From Candidatus Omnitrophota bacterium (GTDB lineage Bacteria; Omnitrophota; Gorgyraeia; Zapsychrales; JBAZNR01): 64,000 nucleotides of DNA. Location of the stretch: the NCBI GenBank assembly GCA_041649175.1, contig JBAZNR010000002.1:193766-257765 (forward strand), in the 5' to 3' direction. The first letter of the stretch is position 1, and every line of letters starts with the position of its first letter. Below the pieces are notes generated by a model. It saw only the letters and a list, made by a program, of their open reading frames with translations. It had not been told where the DNA came from and searched no databases. Position numbers and translations under genes: made by a program. Below are positions 38,580 to 49,267 of this stretch, one piece after another.

Positions 38580-39017
38580 ATGCAAAAAATAAAAACGTTT
38601 ATCGCAAAAGATATTGATATCAAACGCGCTTGTTATGTCATCGACGCCAAAGACAAAATCCTAGGACGCATCGCGACAAAGGCCGCGGCAATTCTACGCG
38701 GAAAACACAAAGTCATTTTTACGCCAAATGTTGACTGCGGAGATATGGTCGTTGTCATCAATGCCGATAAAATCCGTGTTACAGGCAAAAAGTTGACCGA
38801 TAAAATCTACAAGCGCTATACCGGATACCCAGGCGGTGTTAGAAAAGTTCGTTTAGAAGAAATGCTCAAGAAACATCCGACCCAAGCCATTACGCTGGCT
38901 ATCAAGCGGATGATCCCAACCGGCCCCTTAGGATACCGGGTTATCAAGAAATTACGTGTTTACGCGGGTGATCAGCACGAACACAAGGCACAGAAACCAA
39001 TTGCATTAGAGGTCTAA
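38580..39017 (+). CDS. rplM: 50S ribosomal protein L13
   Basis: 145-aa uL13, collinear with the bacterial protein. Confidence 0.95.
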   Translation: MQKIKTFIAKDIDIKRACYVIDAKDKILGRIATKAAAILRGKHKVIFTPNVDCGDMVVVINADKIRVTGKKLTDKIYKRYTGYPGGVRKVRLEEMLKKHPTQAITLAIKRMIPTGPLGYRVIKKLRVYAGDQHEHKAQKPIALEV

Positions 39018-39020
39018 TCC

Positions 39021-39416
39021 ATGGTAGAAATTGTAAAATTTTCAGCAACAGGCCGGCGAAAAACTGCCGTCGCACGAGTGAATTTAAGCCCGGGCAGCGG
39101 AAAAATTGTCGTCAATGAATTTGCTATTGAAAAATATTTCACGCGGGAAACCGATCGAATATTGCTCATGGAGCCTTTGCGGTGTACGAACTCAATTGCT
39201 AAATTTGATATTATCGCCAAAGTTTTTGGCGGAGGAATAACCGGCCAAGCGGGCGCTATGAAGCTTGCTATTTCCCGGGCTTTAGCTGTTTGCGATGAGG
39301 AAAACCGAAAAGCCCTGAAAAAAGAGAACTGCTTAAGCCGCGACCCCAGAATGAAGGAACGTAAAAAGCCGGGGCAGAAAGGTGCACGTAGAAAATTCCA
39401 GTGGGTTAAACGGTAA
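39021..39416 (+). CDS. rpsI: 30S ribosomal protein S9
   Basis: uS9 with the C-terminal ...RRKFQWVKR. Confidence 0.95.
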   Translation: MVEIVKFSATGRRKTAVARVNLSPGSGKIVVNEFAIEKYFTRETDRILLMEPLRCTNSIAKFDIIAKVFGGGITGQAGAMKLAISRALAVCDEENRKALKKENCLSRDPRMKERKKPGQKGARRKFQWVKR

Positions 39417-39452
39417 ACCTATAGCAGCCAATTAAATAAAGAAATTTAAAAA

Positions 39453-39492
39453 CCTATCTCCTCGACAAAAACGTTGACGAGATGGGTTTTTT
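39453..39492 (+). terminator. intrinsic terminator after rplM-rpsI
   Basis: An imperfect 14-bp stem (CCTATCTCCTCGAC and GTTGACGAGATGGG) followed by TTTTTT. Confidence 0.5.
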
Positions 39493-39561
39493 ATTTTAAG
39501 ATAAAACATTGTTTTTTAAATTCGATTTCAACAAAACTTATTGAAAATAAAAGGGATAAAA

Positions 39562-40581
39562 ATGATCCGAGTCGGTATTGTAGGGATTAGTGGTTATTCA
39601 GGCGAACTGCTTTTAAACATCCTCTTAAAACATCCGCAGGTACGTATCACTTATGTCAGCGCCGGGACCACCAAAGGAAAAATTGAAGATATTTTCCCCT
39701 ATCTAAAGGGAAAAACAAGCCTTGTTTGCGGCGAATTTGATGCAAAAAAAGCGGCCGCATCGTGCGATGTCGTATTTTTAGCGGTCCCGCATACGGCTTC
39801 ACTTAAGATAACTCCCCAGCTTTTAGCCGAGAAAAAGCGGGTTATTGATCTAAGCGCAGATTACCGGTTAACCGACACAAAAATATTTGAACAATGGTAT
39901 CACGTCGCTCATTCCGATAAAAAGAATCTGGCGCACGCGGTTTACGGGCTTCCGGAGCTTTACCGGGAAGATATTAAAAATGCTCAATTGATCGCAAATC
40001 CGGGCTGTTACCCGACCACGGCAATTTTAGCTTTAGCGCCGATCATGGCCATGAAAGCAAAATCAGTCGCGTCCGTCATTATTGACGCCAAATCAGGCAC
40101 CACCGGCGCGGGACGAAAAGCCGCGGCAAACTTACTATTCGCAGAAGTGAATGAAAATTTCAAGGCTTATAAAGTGCTTTCACATCAGCACACACCGGAG
40201 ATTGAGCAAATCTTGTCTTCGTTGGCGAAAAAAGATATTAACCTAACGTTTACAGCGCATCTTTTGCCCGTTAGCCGGGGAATTTTGGAAACTATTTATG
40301 TTCAATTTAAAAATAAAAGCGCGTTAGAAAATCTTCACGGCCTTTATACGAAATTTTACAAAACGGAACCTTTCGTCCGGGTTTTAACTCCCGGTTTGCA
40401 ACCGGAACTAAAATTCGTCAACGCAACAAATTATTGCGACATTGCTATTGTCGTCGATGAAGCGAAAAAATTGTCGATCATCACCAGCGCTACCGACAAT
40501 CTTATGAAAGGCGCGTCGGGGCAAGCGGTGCAAAATATGAATATCATGTACGGTTTCGATGAAACGGCAGGGCTCTTATGA
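39562..40581 (+). CDS. argC: N-acetyl-gamma-glutamyl-phosphate reductase ArgC
   Basis: Start reassigned to ATG 39562, with an AAGGG RBS. IVGISGYSGELL at the N-terminus and an active-site Cys (PGCYPT). Confidence 0.9.
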   Translation: MIRVGIVGISGYSGELLLNILLKHPQVRITYVSAGTTKGKIEDIFPYLKGKTSLVCGEFDAKKAAASCDVVFLAVPHTASLKITPQLLAEKKRVIDLSADYRLTDTKIFEQWYHVAHSDKKNLAHAVYGLPELYREDIKNAQLIANPGCYPTTAILALAPIMAMKAKSVASVIIDAKSGTTGAGRKAAANLLFAEVNENFKAYKVLSHQHTPEIEQILSSLAKKDINLTFTAHLLPVSRGILETIYVQFKNKSALENLHGLYTKFYKTEPFVRVLTPGLQPELKFVNATNYCDIAIVVDEAKKLSIITSATDNLMKGASGQAVQNMNIMYGFDETAGLL

Positions 40582-41717
40582 AAATTATAAAGGGGGGCGT
40601 CACAACTCCGCAAGGATTTACCGCTAACGGAATTTCGGCCGGAATTAAGAAATCTGGGAAGCCAGATCTTGCGCTTATTGCGAGCGACGTTCCTGCTATA
40701 GCCGCCGGAGTTTTTACTAAGAATTCTGTAAAAGCCGCACCACTCATTGTAACAATGAAAAATATCGCCTCCGGCAAAGCCCAGGCCATTATCGCCAATA
40801 GCGGTAATGCGAATTGCTTTACCGGAGATTTCGGGCTTCTTTACGCGCAAAAATCAACAGAATTGATCGCCAAGCTCCTTAATATAAGCGCAAAACTTGT
40901 TTTGGTGACATCGACGGGAATCATCGGAAAACCTTTGCCATATCAAAAGATCGTTCATGGCGCGCCACGACTGGTCGCCGGTTTAAATTCTAGCGGCGGA
41001 CGAAAAGCCGCCAAAGCCATTTTAACGACCGATCTCGCGCTCAAAGAAATTTCCGTCCAAATTAAATTGAGCGGAAAAAAAGTTTCGATCGGCGCCATGG
41101 GCAAAGGTTCGGGAATGATCGCGCCCAACATGGCCACAATGCTAGGGTTTATCACAACGGATGCGGCCATTAGCGCACCCATGTTAAAAGCCGCGCTTAA
41201 ATGCGCCATCAATAAATCGTTTAACAACATTACCGTTGACGGCTGCATGAGCACCAATGACATGGTTGTTGTTTTTGCTAACGGTTTAGCCGGCAATAAG
41301 CCGATCATAAAACAGGGAAAAGAATTTAAAACTTTTTGCGATGCCTTAACTTTTGCTTGCGTTGATCTGGCTAAAAAGATCGTCTGGGATGCTGAGGGGA
41401 TCACAAAATTCATCGAGATCACAACAAGCGGCGCAAAAACGGTTGAACAGGCAAAAAAGATATGTTTCGCGATAGCCAACTCAAATTTGGTCAAAACAGC
41501 CGCCTACGGAAATAATCCGAACTGGGGACGGGTTGCGGCTGCCGTTGGATCATTAGGATTTCCCATTACCGAAAAACAACTGAAGATCCGGTTTGATTCT
41601 TTTAAAAAGAAGCACATCCACATCAATGTCGATGTCGGATTAGGAAAAGAGAAGGCAACCGTTTACACATCGGATCTATCTGTGGAATACGTGAATATCA
41701 ATGGACGATATAATTAA
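40578..41717 (+). CDS. argJ: bifunctional glutamate N-acetyltransferase/amino-acid acetyltransferase ArgJ
   Basis: The ATMLGFITTDA self-cleavage site motif; 379 aa. Confidence 0.9.
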   Translation: MKIIKGGVTTPQGFTANGISAGIKKSGKPDLALIASDVPAIAAGVFTKNSVKAAPLIVTMKNIASGKAQAIIANSGNANCFTGDFGLLYAQKSTELIAKLLNISAKLVLVTSTGIIGKPLPYQKIVHGAPRLVAGLNSSGGRKAAKAILTTDLALKEISVQIKLSGKKVSIGAMGKGSGMIAPNMATMLGFITTDAAISAPMLKAALKCAINKSFNNITVDGCMSTNDMVVVFANGLAGNKPIIKQGKEFKTFCDALTFACVDLAKKIVWDAEGITKFIEITTSGAKTVEQAKKICFAIANSNLVKTAAYGNNPNWGRVAAAVGSLGFPITEKQLKIRFDSFKKKHIHINVDVGLGKEKATVYTSDLSVEYVNINGRYN

Positions 41718-42555
41718 AAAAGCCGGGGTTCTGGTTGAAGCTATTCCGTATATCCATGCCTTTCGGCGGAAGATATTCCTAGTTAAATACGGCGGAAGCA
41801 TCCTGGAAGATGCCACCATCCGAAAACATGTCTTAGAGGATATTGTTTTCTTAAGCTATGTCGGGATCCGAGTTATTTTGGTGCACGGCGGCGGACAGAA
41901 TATCAACGCGCGTTTGACCGAGATCGGAAAAAAAGCGGAATTTCACGAAGGCATTCGAGTTACCGATAAAGAAACATTGGATATTGTTTGCGACGAGCTT
42001 GATAAGCTCAATAAAAAACTCGTGGAAGAAATTAAAACTTTGCGCGGCGATGTGGTGGGTTTACGCGGCCATCACAATATTGTCCACGTTCAAAAGAAAA
42101 AAGCTTCTCGCGACCTAGGTTTCGTGGGGACCATTACCTCCGTTGACCAGGAAGCCATTGAAACGAACTTGAAAAAAGGGCAAATTGTCGTTATGTCTCC
42201 GATGGGAATTGGCGTCGACAAACAAACGCACAATGTGAATGCCGATGAAGTCGCCGGCGCCATCGCAACATCCATGAAGGCCGAAAAGCTGGTTTTATTA
42301 ACCAATGTTCCCGGTGTTTTGGCGCGCCACGAAGACAAAGACTCTTTGATCTCATCGGTAACGATCAAGGACGTTGAGACGCTCAAGAAAAATAAGATCA
42401 TTCAAGGCGGCATGATCCCTAAGGTTGATTCATGCGTTGAAGTCTTACTGGGTGGAGTTACCAAAGCGCACATTATTGACGCGCGATTGCATCACGCGCT
42501 TTTACTGGAAATCTTTACCGACCGAGGCGTCGGCACACAAATTATCAAAGAATGA
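41701..42555 (+). CDS. argB: acetylglutamate kinase ArgB
   Basis: Amino-acid kinase fold with VKYGGS and VLVHGGG motifs. Confidence 0.9.
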   Translation: MDDIIKKAGVLVEAIPYIHAFRRKIFLVKYGGSILEDATIRKHVLEDIVFLSYVGIRVILVHGGGQNINARLTEIGKKAEFHEGIRVTDKETLDIVCDELDKLNKKLVEEIKTLRGDVVGLRGHHNIVHVQKKKASRDLGFVGTITSVDQEAIETNLKKGQIVVMSPMGIGVDKQTHNVNADEVAGAIATSMKAEKLVLLTNVPGVLARHEDKDSLISSVTIKDVETLKKNKIIQGGMIPKVDSCVEVLLGGVTKAHIIDARLHHALLLEIFTDRGVGTQIIKE

Positions 42556-43733
42556 AAAAACAAGAAGTTTTCGACAACTATAACAATTTCATCCTTTCCA
42601 CTTATACGCGAACAGCAGGTGTTTTCGTTAAGGGCAAGGGAATGACTTTAATTGATATGGACGGAAAGAAATATCTGGATTTCTTTCCCGGATGGGGTGT
42701 GAGCAATGTCGGGCATTGTCATCCGAAGGTGATGAGCGCCGTGCGCGATCAGATCGGAACACTCATTCATCTTCCGAATAATTTTTATCATCCCCAGCAG
42801 GCAAAATTAGCCAAAGAAATTGTGCGATGGTCTTTTCCGTCAAAAGTCTTTTTTGGCAATAGCGGCGCCGAGGCTTGCGAAGGCGCTATCAAGTTTGCCC
42901 GGGTTTTCGGACAAGGCCGTTATGAAGTCATCACTTTCGAGAATTCTTTTCATGGCCGAACGCTCGCCGCTGTTACCGCGACGGGACAAAAAAAATATAA
43001 CGCGCCGTTCGCGCCTTTACCGGAAGGGTTTAAAACAGTTGCGTTCAATGATATAGAAGCTATTAAGTCAGCCATCACCGATAAAACCGCCGCTATTATG
43101 TTAGAACTTGTTCAAGGCGAGGGCGGCATCAACGTCGCCAAGCCGGAATTCTTAAAAGAGCTTCGGCAATTGTGCGATGAAAAGAAATTGCTTCTTATTT
43201 TCGATGAAGTTCAAACCGGTATGGGACGATTAGGGGAAATGTTCGGATTTAAAGCGTTTGGTGTCGTGCCGGATGTGATGATATTAGCCAAATCGCTGGG
43301 CGGCGGACTTCCTATCGGCGTTATGGTCGTCAAGAAAGAAATCGCGGATATTTTTAAACCCGGCATGCACGCGTCAACATTTGGCGGAAGCCCTTTGGTT
43401 TGCAAAGCCGCACTCGGCGCTTTTGCCGCCATCAGTAAAGATAAAATGCTCATCAATACGCGAAAAATGAGCCCGTATTTTTTCGCAAAGGCAAACGCTT
43501 TAAAGAAAAAATGTTCCTGCGTCAAAGAAGTACGCGGCTTAGGGCTTATGATGGGCATTGAACTAACGATCGAAGGAAAAGCGATCTTCGAAGAATGTTT
43601 CGCGCAAGGACTCATTATCAATTGCACGCAGGGAAATGTTTTACGGCTTATGCCGGCTTTAAATGTCACAAAAAAACAGATCGATAAAGCATTTTTTATT
43701 TTGGAAAAAGCTATCAGAAAGGTTGCAGGTTAG
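42552..43733 (+). CDS. argD: acetylornithine aminotransferase ArgD
   Basis: Class-III PLP aminotransferase with FDEVQTGMGR and LAKSLGGG (PLP Lys). Confidence 0.9.
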   Translation: MKKQEVFDNYNNFILSTYTRTAGVFVKGKGMTLIDMDGKKYLDFFPGWGVSNVGHCHPKVMSAVRDQIGTLIHLPNNFYHPQQAKLAKEIVRWSFPSKVFFGNSGAEACEGAIKFARVFGQGRYEVITFENSFHGRTLAAVTATGQKKYNAPFAPLPEGFKTVAFNDIEAIKSAITDKTAAIMLELVQGEGGINVAKPEFLKELRQLCDEKKLLLIFDEVQTGMGRLGEMFGFKAFGVVPDVMILAKSLGGGLPIGVMVVKKEIADIFKPGMHASTFGGSPLVCKAALGAFAAISKDKMLINTRKMSPYFFAKANALKKKCSCVKEVRGLGLMMGIELTIEGKAIFEECFAQGLIINCTQGNVLRLMPALNVTKKQIDKAFFILEKAIRKVAG

Positions 43734-44657
43734 ATGAAACGTGATTTAATAGCCGTACAAGACCTATCGACGGAAGAATTAAAGCAAATTTTTTCTTTAT
43801 CAAAAGATGTTAAGCAAAATAAAGAAAAATTTTCCGGATTTCTTAAAGGAAAAACGATTGCCATGGTTTTTCAAAAACCTTCTAACCGAACGCGCGTTTC
43901 TTTTGAAGTCGGTGTTTGGCAATTAGGCGGAAACTGTGTTTATCTCGGCCCGGAAGAGATCAATTTAGGAAAACGCGAATCAACATCCGATGTGGCGAAA
44001 ACACTGTCGCGCTATGTCGGCGGGATCGTCGCGCGGACATTTTCGCACCAAGATGTGATTGACTTAGCAAAGTTCGCTTCGGTTCCGGTTATTAACGGGC
44101 TTTCAGATCTAGCGCATCCGTGCCAAGCCCTGGCTGATATCTTTTCTATTGAAGAAAAATTCGGGGACGTTAAAGGATTAACGCTCGCTTACGTCGGCGA
44201 CGGCAATAATGTGTGCAATTCGCTTATCTTCGGCTGTGCTTTGATGGGAATGAATATTTCCATCGCATCGCCCAAAGGATATGAGCCGAATGCCGCTTAC
44301 GTTAAAAGCGCAAAACGTTTTTCCGATAAAAACGGCTCCGCGATCGAAGTCAGCAATGACCCGCAAAAGACAGTCAAAGACGCGGATGTCATTTACGCCG
44401 ATACTTGGGTAAGCATGGGCCAGGAAGCAGAAAGCAAAAAACGCCTCAAAGATTTTGACGGATTTCAAATTGACGCCAAGCTTGCGGGCAAAGCCAAGAA
44501 AAATTATATTTTTATGCATTGCTTGCCGGCGCATCGAGGGCAAGAAGTTACGGACGACATTATTGACGGAAAACATTCCATTATTTTTGATCAAGCGGAA
44601 AACCGAATGCATGTACAAAAAGCAGTTTTGATGTTTCTATTAGGGGGCACAAAATGA
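43734..44657 (+). CDS. argF: ornithine carbamoyltransferase ArgF
   Basis: SNRTRVSFEV carbamoyl-phosphate motif and the HCLPAHRG ornithine-binding motif. Confidence 0.85.
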   Translation: MKRDLIAVQDLSTEELKQIFSLSKDVKQNKEKFSGFLKGKTIAMVFQKPSNRTRVSFEVGVWQLGGNCVYLGPEEINLGKRESTSDVAKTLSRYVGGIVARTFSHQDVIDLAKFASVPVINGLSDLAHPCQALADIFSIEEKFGDVKGLTLAYVGDGNNVCNSLIFGCALMGMNISIASPKGYEPNAAYVKSAKRFSDKNGSAIEVSNDPQKTVKDADVIYADTWVSMGQEAESKKRLKDFDGFQIDAKLAGKAKKNYIFMHCLPAHRGQEVTDDIIDGKHSIIFDQAENRMHVQKAVLMFLLGGTK

Positions 44658-45817
44658 AAAAAGTTGTTTTAGCATATTCAGGCGGATTAGATACCTCTTG
44701 CGCCATCACTTGGCTCAATAAAAAAGGTTACGACGTCATTGCCTTTATCGCCGATGTCGGCCAAGGCGAGAATTTTTCCCAAATCAAAAAACGCGCTCTG
44801 GCGACCGGAGCATCCAAGGTATATGTTTTGGACCTTACAAAAGAATTTGTGGAAGAATATGTTTTTGCCGCCCTTAAAGCCGGAGCAGTTTATGAAGGGA
44901 AATATCTTTTAGCCACCGCTTTGTCGCGGCCTTTGATCGCCAAATACCAAGTGGAAATTGCTAAAAAGGAAAATGCCTCGGCAATCGCTCACGGCTGTAC
45001 CGGTAAGGGAAACGATCAAGTGCGCTTTGAAGTGACCGCGCGGATCTTAAATCCAAAGCTCGAGATCATAGCGCCCGTTCGTATTTGGGAATTTAAAACA
45101 CGGGAAGACGAAATTGACTATGCCAAAGAAAATAAAATTCCCGTTGATGTCACCAAGAAAAAAGTGTACTCCATCGATAAAAATATTTACGGTATTTCTA
45201 TCGAATGCGGAATTTTAGAAAATCCTTGGATAGAACCGCCGGAAGACGCGTACCAGATCACAAAAAGCCCTTTAAAAGCGCCAAATAAGCCGACCTATAT
45301 TGAAATTGATTTTGAAAAGGGAATTCCGGTTAAGCTCAACGGTAAAGCGCATAATTCCGTTTCCATGATTTCAAAACTAAACGATCTTGGCGCGAAAAAC
45401 GGTATCGGCCGGGTAGATATGGTTGAAAATCGATTGGTGGGAATAAAATCGCGGGAAATTTACGAAGCGCCCGCCGCAACGATCTTGCATTTTGCTCACA
45501 AAGAGTTAGAGGCGCTGGTCTTAGACCGAGAGACGCTTCATCAAAAAGAGATCGTAGCGCACAAATACGCGGAATTAATTTATTACGGGCTTTGGGAAAC
45601 GCCTCTAAAGGGCCAGCTCGACGCATACATTGAAAAAACTCAAAGTAAAGTCAGCGGTACCGTGCGCCTGAAGCTTTACAAAGGAAATTGTATCGTGGCG
45701 GGACGAAAATCACCGCATTCGCTTTACAAGGAAGAATTAGCCACCTACGGCGAGAAAGATGTTTTTGATCAAAAGCTCGCCGAAGGGTTTATTAAAATTT
45801 TTGGGTTACCTTATTAA
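44654..45817 (+). CDS. argG: argininosuccinate synthase ArgG
   Basis: AYSGGLDTS is a PP-loop, plus the conserved central region; 387 aa. Confidence 0.95.
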   Translation: MKKVVLAYSGGLDTSCAITWLNKKGYDVIAFIADVGQGENFSQIKKRALATGASKVYVLDLTKEFVEEYVFAALKAGAVYEGKYLLATALSRPLIAKYQVEIAKKENASAIAHGCTGKGNDQVRFEVTARILNPKLEIIAPVRIWEFKTREDEIDYAKENKIPVDVTKKKVYSIDKNIYGISIECGILENPWIEPPEDAYQITKSPLKAPNKPTYIEIDFEKGIPVKLNGKAHNSVSMISKLNDLGAKNGIGRVDMVENRLVGIKSREIYEAPAATILHFAHKELEALVLDRETLHQKEIVAHKYAELIYYGLWETPLKGQLDAYIEKTQSKVSGTVRLKLYKGNCIVAGRKSPHSLYKEELATYGEKDVFDQKLAEGFIKIFGLPY

Positions 45818-45834
45818 CATCAAAAGGAAAAGAC

Positions 45835-47193
45835 ATGCCTAAAAAACTTTGGGGTGGACGATTTACCAAGAAGATCAATCCGCTGGTAGAGGAATTCACC
45901 AAATCTATTCAGTATGATTTTAAGATCGCGCAAGCCGATATTATCGGCTCGCTTATCCATATTCAGATCTTAAAGAAAAACGGATACCTAACAGCTGAGG
46001 AAACCTTGGAGCTCCAGGCCGCGCTGGGAGAAATCTTTGAAAGCATTGAAAAGGGCAAGTTCAAACTCGATATTGCCTGCGAAGATATTCACACGCAAAT
46101 TCAAAATATGCTGGAAAAAAAGATAGGCGATCTGGCGCTAAAACTTCATACCGCGCGTTCGCGAAACGATCAAGTGGTTTTCGCTACCAAGCTTTACTGC
46201 AAGGCGAATATTTCCGAGATCCAGGATAATATCAACGCATTGATCGGCAGTTTCGAAAAGATAGCCGGCGGAACCGACATCATTATTCCAGGACTCACGC
46301 ATATGCAGCACGCGCAGCCTATTTATCTTAAGGATTATTTTCTAGCCTTTGTGGAAATGCTTAAGCGTGACCATGTGCGCCTCGGGCAGATATTGGGAAA
46401 TATCAAGATCACCCTCGGCGCCGGCGCTTTAGCCGGAACGCCTATTGACGCGGCGCTTTATAATGAAGGGGTTTCTGAACATCTTAAGACGCAAAAAAAG
46501 AACCTGACCGATATCTTTAAGGTTGAATCGACGGTTAATTCGGTCGATGCCGTAAGCGATCGGGATTTTGTGATCGAGATCTTAAGCGCGCTTTCGATTC
46601 TAGGCATGCATCTTTCACGGCTTTCGGAAGATCTGATCATTTGGTCATCGGCAGAATTTGATTTTGTGGAAATTGACGAAAGTTTCTGCACCGGAAGCTC
46701 TCTGATGCCGCAAAAGAAAAATCCCGACGCGCTGGAACTTATTCGCGGCTATGCGGGGCGGCTGTACGGCAATTTGGTCAGTGTTTTGACGACGATGAAG
46801 GGGCTGCCGCTTACGTATAATCGGGATATGCAGCTCGATAAAGAGCCTTTGTTTAATTCCATCGAGATCGCGTCCGATGAGCTTAAGATCTTAACCGGAC
46901 TAATTGCCACCTTAAAATTCAACAAAGGAAAGATCGAAGCGCAATTAAAAGACGAATCGCTTTATGCCACCGACTTAGTTTACTATTTGGTGGACAAACG
47001 AATCGCCTTTAAAGAAGCACACACACTTGTCGGAAAACTGATAAAATATTCACTTGATAATGATATCCGGATCAAGGATATGCCCGAAGAACTACTAAAG
47101 AAGTTTTCCGGAAAATTCATCAAAAAAGAAATTGTTAAATTGTTCGACCCAAAGGTATCGGTCGAATCAAAGAAATCCATTAAACGAAAGTAA
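45835..47193 (+). CDS. argH: argininosuccinate lyase ArgH
   Basis: The fumarate-lyase signature GSSLMPQKKNPD. Confidence 0.95.
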   Translation: MPKKLWGGRFTKKINPLVEEFTKSIQYDFKIAQADIIGSLIHIQILKKNGYLTAEETLELQAALGEIFESIEKGKFKLDIACEDIHTQIQNMLEKKIGDLALKLHTARSRNDQVVFATKLYCKANISEIQDNINALIGSFEKIAGGTDIIIPGLTHMQHAQPIYLKDYFLAFVEMLKRDHVRLGQILGNIKITLGAGALAGTPIDAALYNEGVSEHLKTQKKNLTDIFKVESTVNSVDAVSDRDFVIEILSALSILGMHLSRLSEDLIIWSSAEFDFVEIDESFCTGSSLMPQKKNPDALELIRGYAGRLYGNLVSVLTTMKGLPLTYNRDMQLDKEPLFNSIEIASDELKILTGLIATLKFNKGKIEAQLKDESLYATDLVYYLVDKRIAFKEAHTLVGKLIKYSLDNDIRIKDMPEELLKKFSGKFIKKEIVKLFDPKVSVESKKSIKRK

Positions 47194-47195
47194 CC

Positions 47196-48452
47196 ATGCA
47201 CGATTTTTTATTTAAAAACAACGAGCTTTACTGCGAAAAAGTGAAAGTTTCCACGATCGCCCAAAAAGCTGGAACGCCGCTTTATATTTACAGCCGCAAA
47301 ACGCTAGTCGATCATTTCACTAAAATCAAAAAGGCGTTCGCGCCGGTCGCGCCAACCATTTGTTTTGCCATGAAATCGAACGACAATTTATCGGTCGTTA
47401 AGACACTTCTTAACGAAGGCGCTGGTTTAGATATCGTTTCCGGTGGGGAACTTCAAAAAGCGTTAAAGCTTGGCGCGAACCCACAAAAAGTCGTTTTTGC
47501 ATCCGTAGGTAAAACGGAAGCTGAAATTACCTTGGCCATTCGTACCGGAATTTTATTTTTTAATGTCGAATCCGTTCCGGAACTCGATGAAATAAACCGT
47601 ATCGCGAAAAGATTAAAGAAAGTAACGCAAGTAGCGCTTCGCATCAATCCGGATGTCGAAGCAGCCACGCACCACTTTGTCACCACGGGAACGCTAAAAA
47701 ATAAGTTTGGAATTGATCTGCGCTCGGCGCGCCAGATCTTTAAATCGCGCGGAAAATATTCCAACATAAAGATCAACGGGCTTCATGTCCATATCGGTTC
47801 ACAGATAACGACATCAGCGCCTTTTATCACCGCCATCAAAAAAGTTTTGGAATTTATCCAAACCTTGCGCAATGACGGGATCGTTTTGGAATATTTGGAT
47901 ATCGGCGGAGGCCTAGGCATTATTTACAGAGACGAAAAACCGCAAACCGCGCAGGAATTTGCTAATGCGGTGTTGCCGCTTTTGCAAAAAACAGGGCTTA
48001 AAGTCATTATGGAGCCCGGCCGGTTTATTGTCGGCAATGCCGGGATTTTTGTCACCCGGGTTTTATATATCAAAGATAATGGCTTTAAGAAATTCATGAT
48101 CGTTGATGGTGGGATGAACGACCTTATTCGTCCGTCTTTGTATCACGCGTATCATGAAATTGTTCCTATTAAGAAAACAAACGCGAAGCCGCAAACCTTT
48201 GATGTGGTTGGCCCGGTTTGCGAAAGCGGGGACTTTTTTGCCAAAGACCGAAAACTTCCCACCGTTAAAAAAGATGCTCTTTTGGCGGTGATGAGCGCCG
48301 GAGCTTATGGATTTGCTATGTCGAGTAATTATAACGCGCGTCCACGCAGCGCCGAAGTTCTGGTGGATGGAAATAAATTTGCTGTTGTTCGTAAAAGAGA
48401 AACATTCAAGGATCTCATTCGTGGAGAAGTGATCCCGGGGTTTTTAAAATGA
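47196..48452 (+). CDS. lysA: diaminopimelate decarboxylase LysA
   Basis: Orn/DAP/Arg decarboxylase fold with a PLP Lys region (FAMKSN) and CESGD. Confidence 0.9.
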   Translation: MHDFLFKNNELYCEKVKVSTIAQKAGTPLYIYSRKTLVDHFTKIKKAFAPVAPTICFAMKSNDNLSVVKTLLNEGAGLDIVSGGELQKALKLGANPQKVVFASVGKTEAEITLAIRTGILFFNVESVPELDEINRIAKRLKKVTQVALRINPDVEAATHHFVTTGTLKNKFGIDLRSARQIFKSRGKYSNIKINGLHVHIGSQITTSAPFITAIKKVLEFIQTLRNDGIVLEYLDIGGGLGIIYRDEKPQTAQEFANAVLPLLQKTGLKVIMEPGRFIVGNAGIFVTRVLYIKDNGFKKFMIVDGGMNDLIRPSLYHAYHEIVPIKKTNAKPQTFDVVGPVCESGDFFAKDRKLPTVKKDALLAVMSAGAYGFAMSSNYNARPRSAEVLVDGNKFAVVRKRETFKDLIRGEVIPGFLK

Positions 48453-49267
48453 AAAAAATAGCTTTCACGAAAATGCAGGGTGCCGGAAATGATTTCGCGG
48501 TCATTGAACACGCGAAAGGGAATTTGCGCGCGCTGGCACAAAAGATGTGCCATCGTAAATTCGGAATAGGCGCGGACGGGATTTTGGTTTTAGGAAAATC
48601 TAAAAAAACCGATTACCGTATGCGCATTTTCAATTCTGATGGCAGCGAGGCCGAGATGTGCGGCAACGGCGTACGCTGTTTGGCGAGCTATATCGTCCGA
48701 AATAAAAATCCAAAAAAGAAAATATTCGGCATTGAAACCTTAGCCGGAATTATTTACTGCGAAGCTAAAAACGGTGTCGCGCAGGCGCATTTAAGCGCGC
48801 CCAAAAATTACGCTTCCAACATCACGCTCAACATTTTTGGGCGCGCTTTAAAAGTCAACTTTATCGACACCGGCGTGCCGCACGCGGTCGTCTTTGTCGA
48901 TTCTTTAGAAAAAATTGACGTGGAAAGAATCGCGCCGCAAATTCGTTGGCATAAAAAGTTCGCGCCCCGTGGCGCCAATGTCAATTTTGTGGAGCAGGTC
49001 GGGAAAAACTTTATTAACGTGCGTACCTTTGAACGCGGCGTGGAAGGTGAAACCTTAGCCTGCGGGACCGGAAGTGTCGCATCCGCCGCTATCGCATTTT
49101 TAAAAGCAAATCCGAATGCGCAAAACGCAAAACAAATCGTTAAAGTTTTAACAAAAGGCGGAGAAACTCTTCTTGTCACCGTCGAACTCATTAACGGAAA
49201 AGTCCAGAATGTTTGGCTAAAAGGAAAAACCGATTTTGTATCGGAAGGAGTTTATTACGATGATTAA
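48449..49267 (+). CDS. dapF: diaminopimelate epimerase DapF
   Basis: FTKMQGAGNDF and the two catalytic Cys (NSDGSEAEMCGNG, CGTGS). Confidence 0.9.
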   Translation: MKKIAFTKMQGAGNDFAVIEHAKGNLRALAQKMCHRKFGIGADGILVLGKSKKTDYRMRIFNSDGSEAEMCGNGVRCLASYIVRNKNPKKKIFGIETLAGIIYCEAKNGVAQAHLSAPKNYASNITLNIFGRALKVNFIDTGVPHAVVFVDSLEKIDVERIAPQIRWHKKFAPRGANVNFVEQVGKNFINVRTFERGVEGETLACGTGSVASAAIAFLKANPNAQNAKQIVKVLTKGGETLLVTVELINGKVQNVWLKGKTDFVSEGVYYDD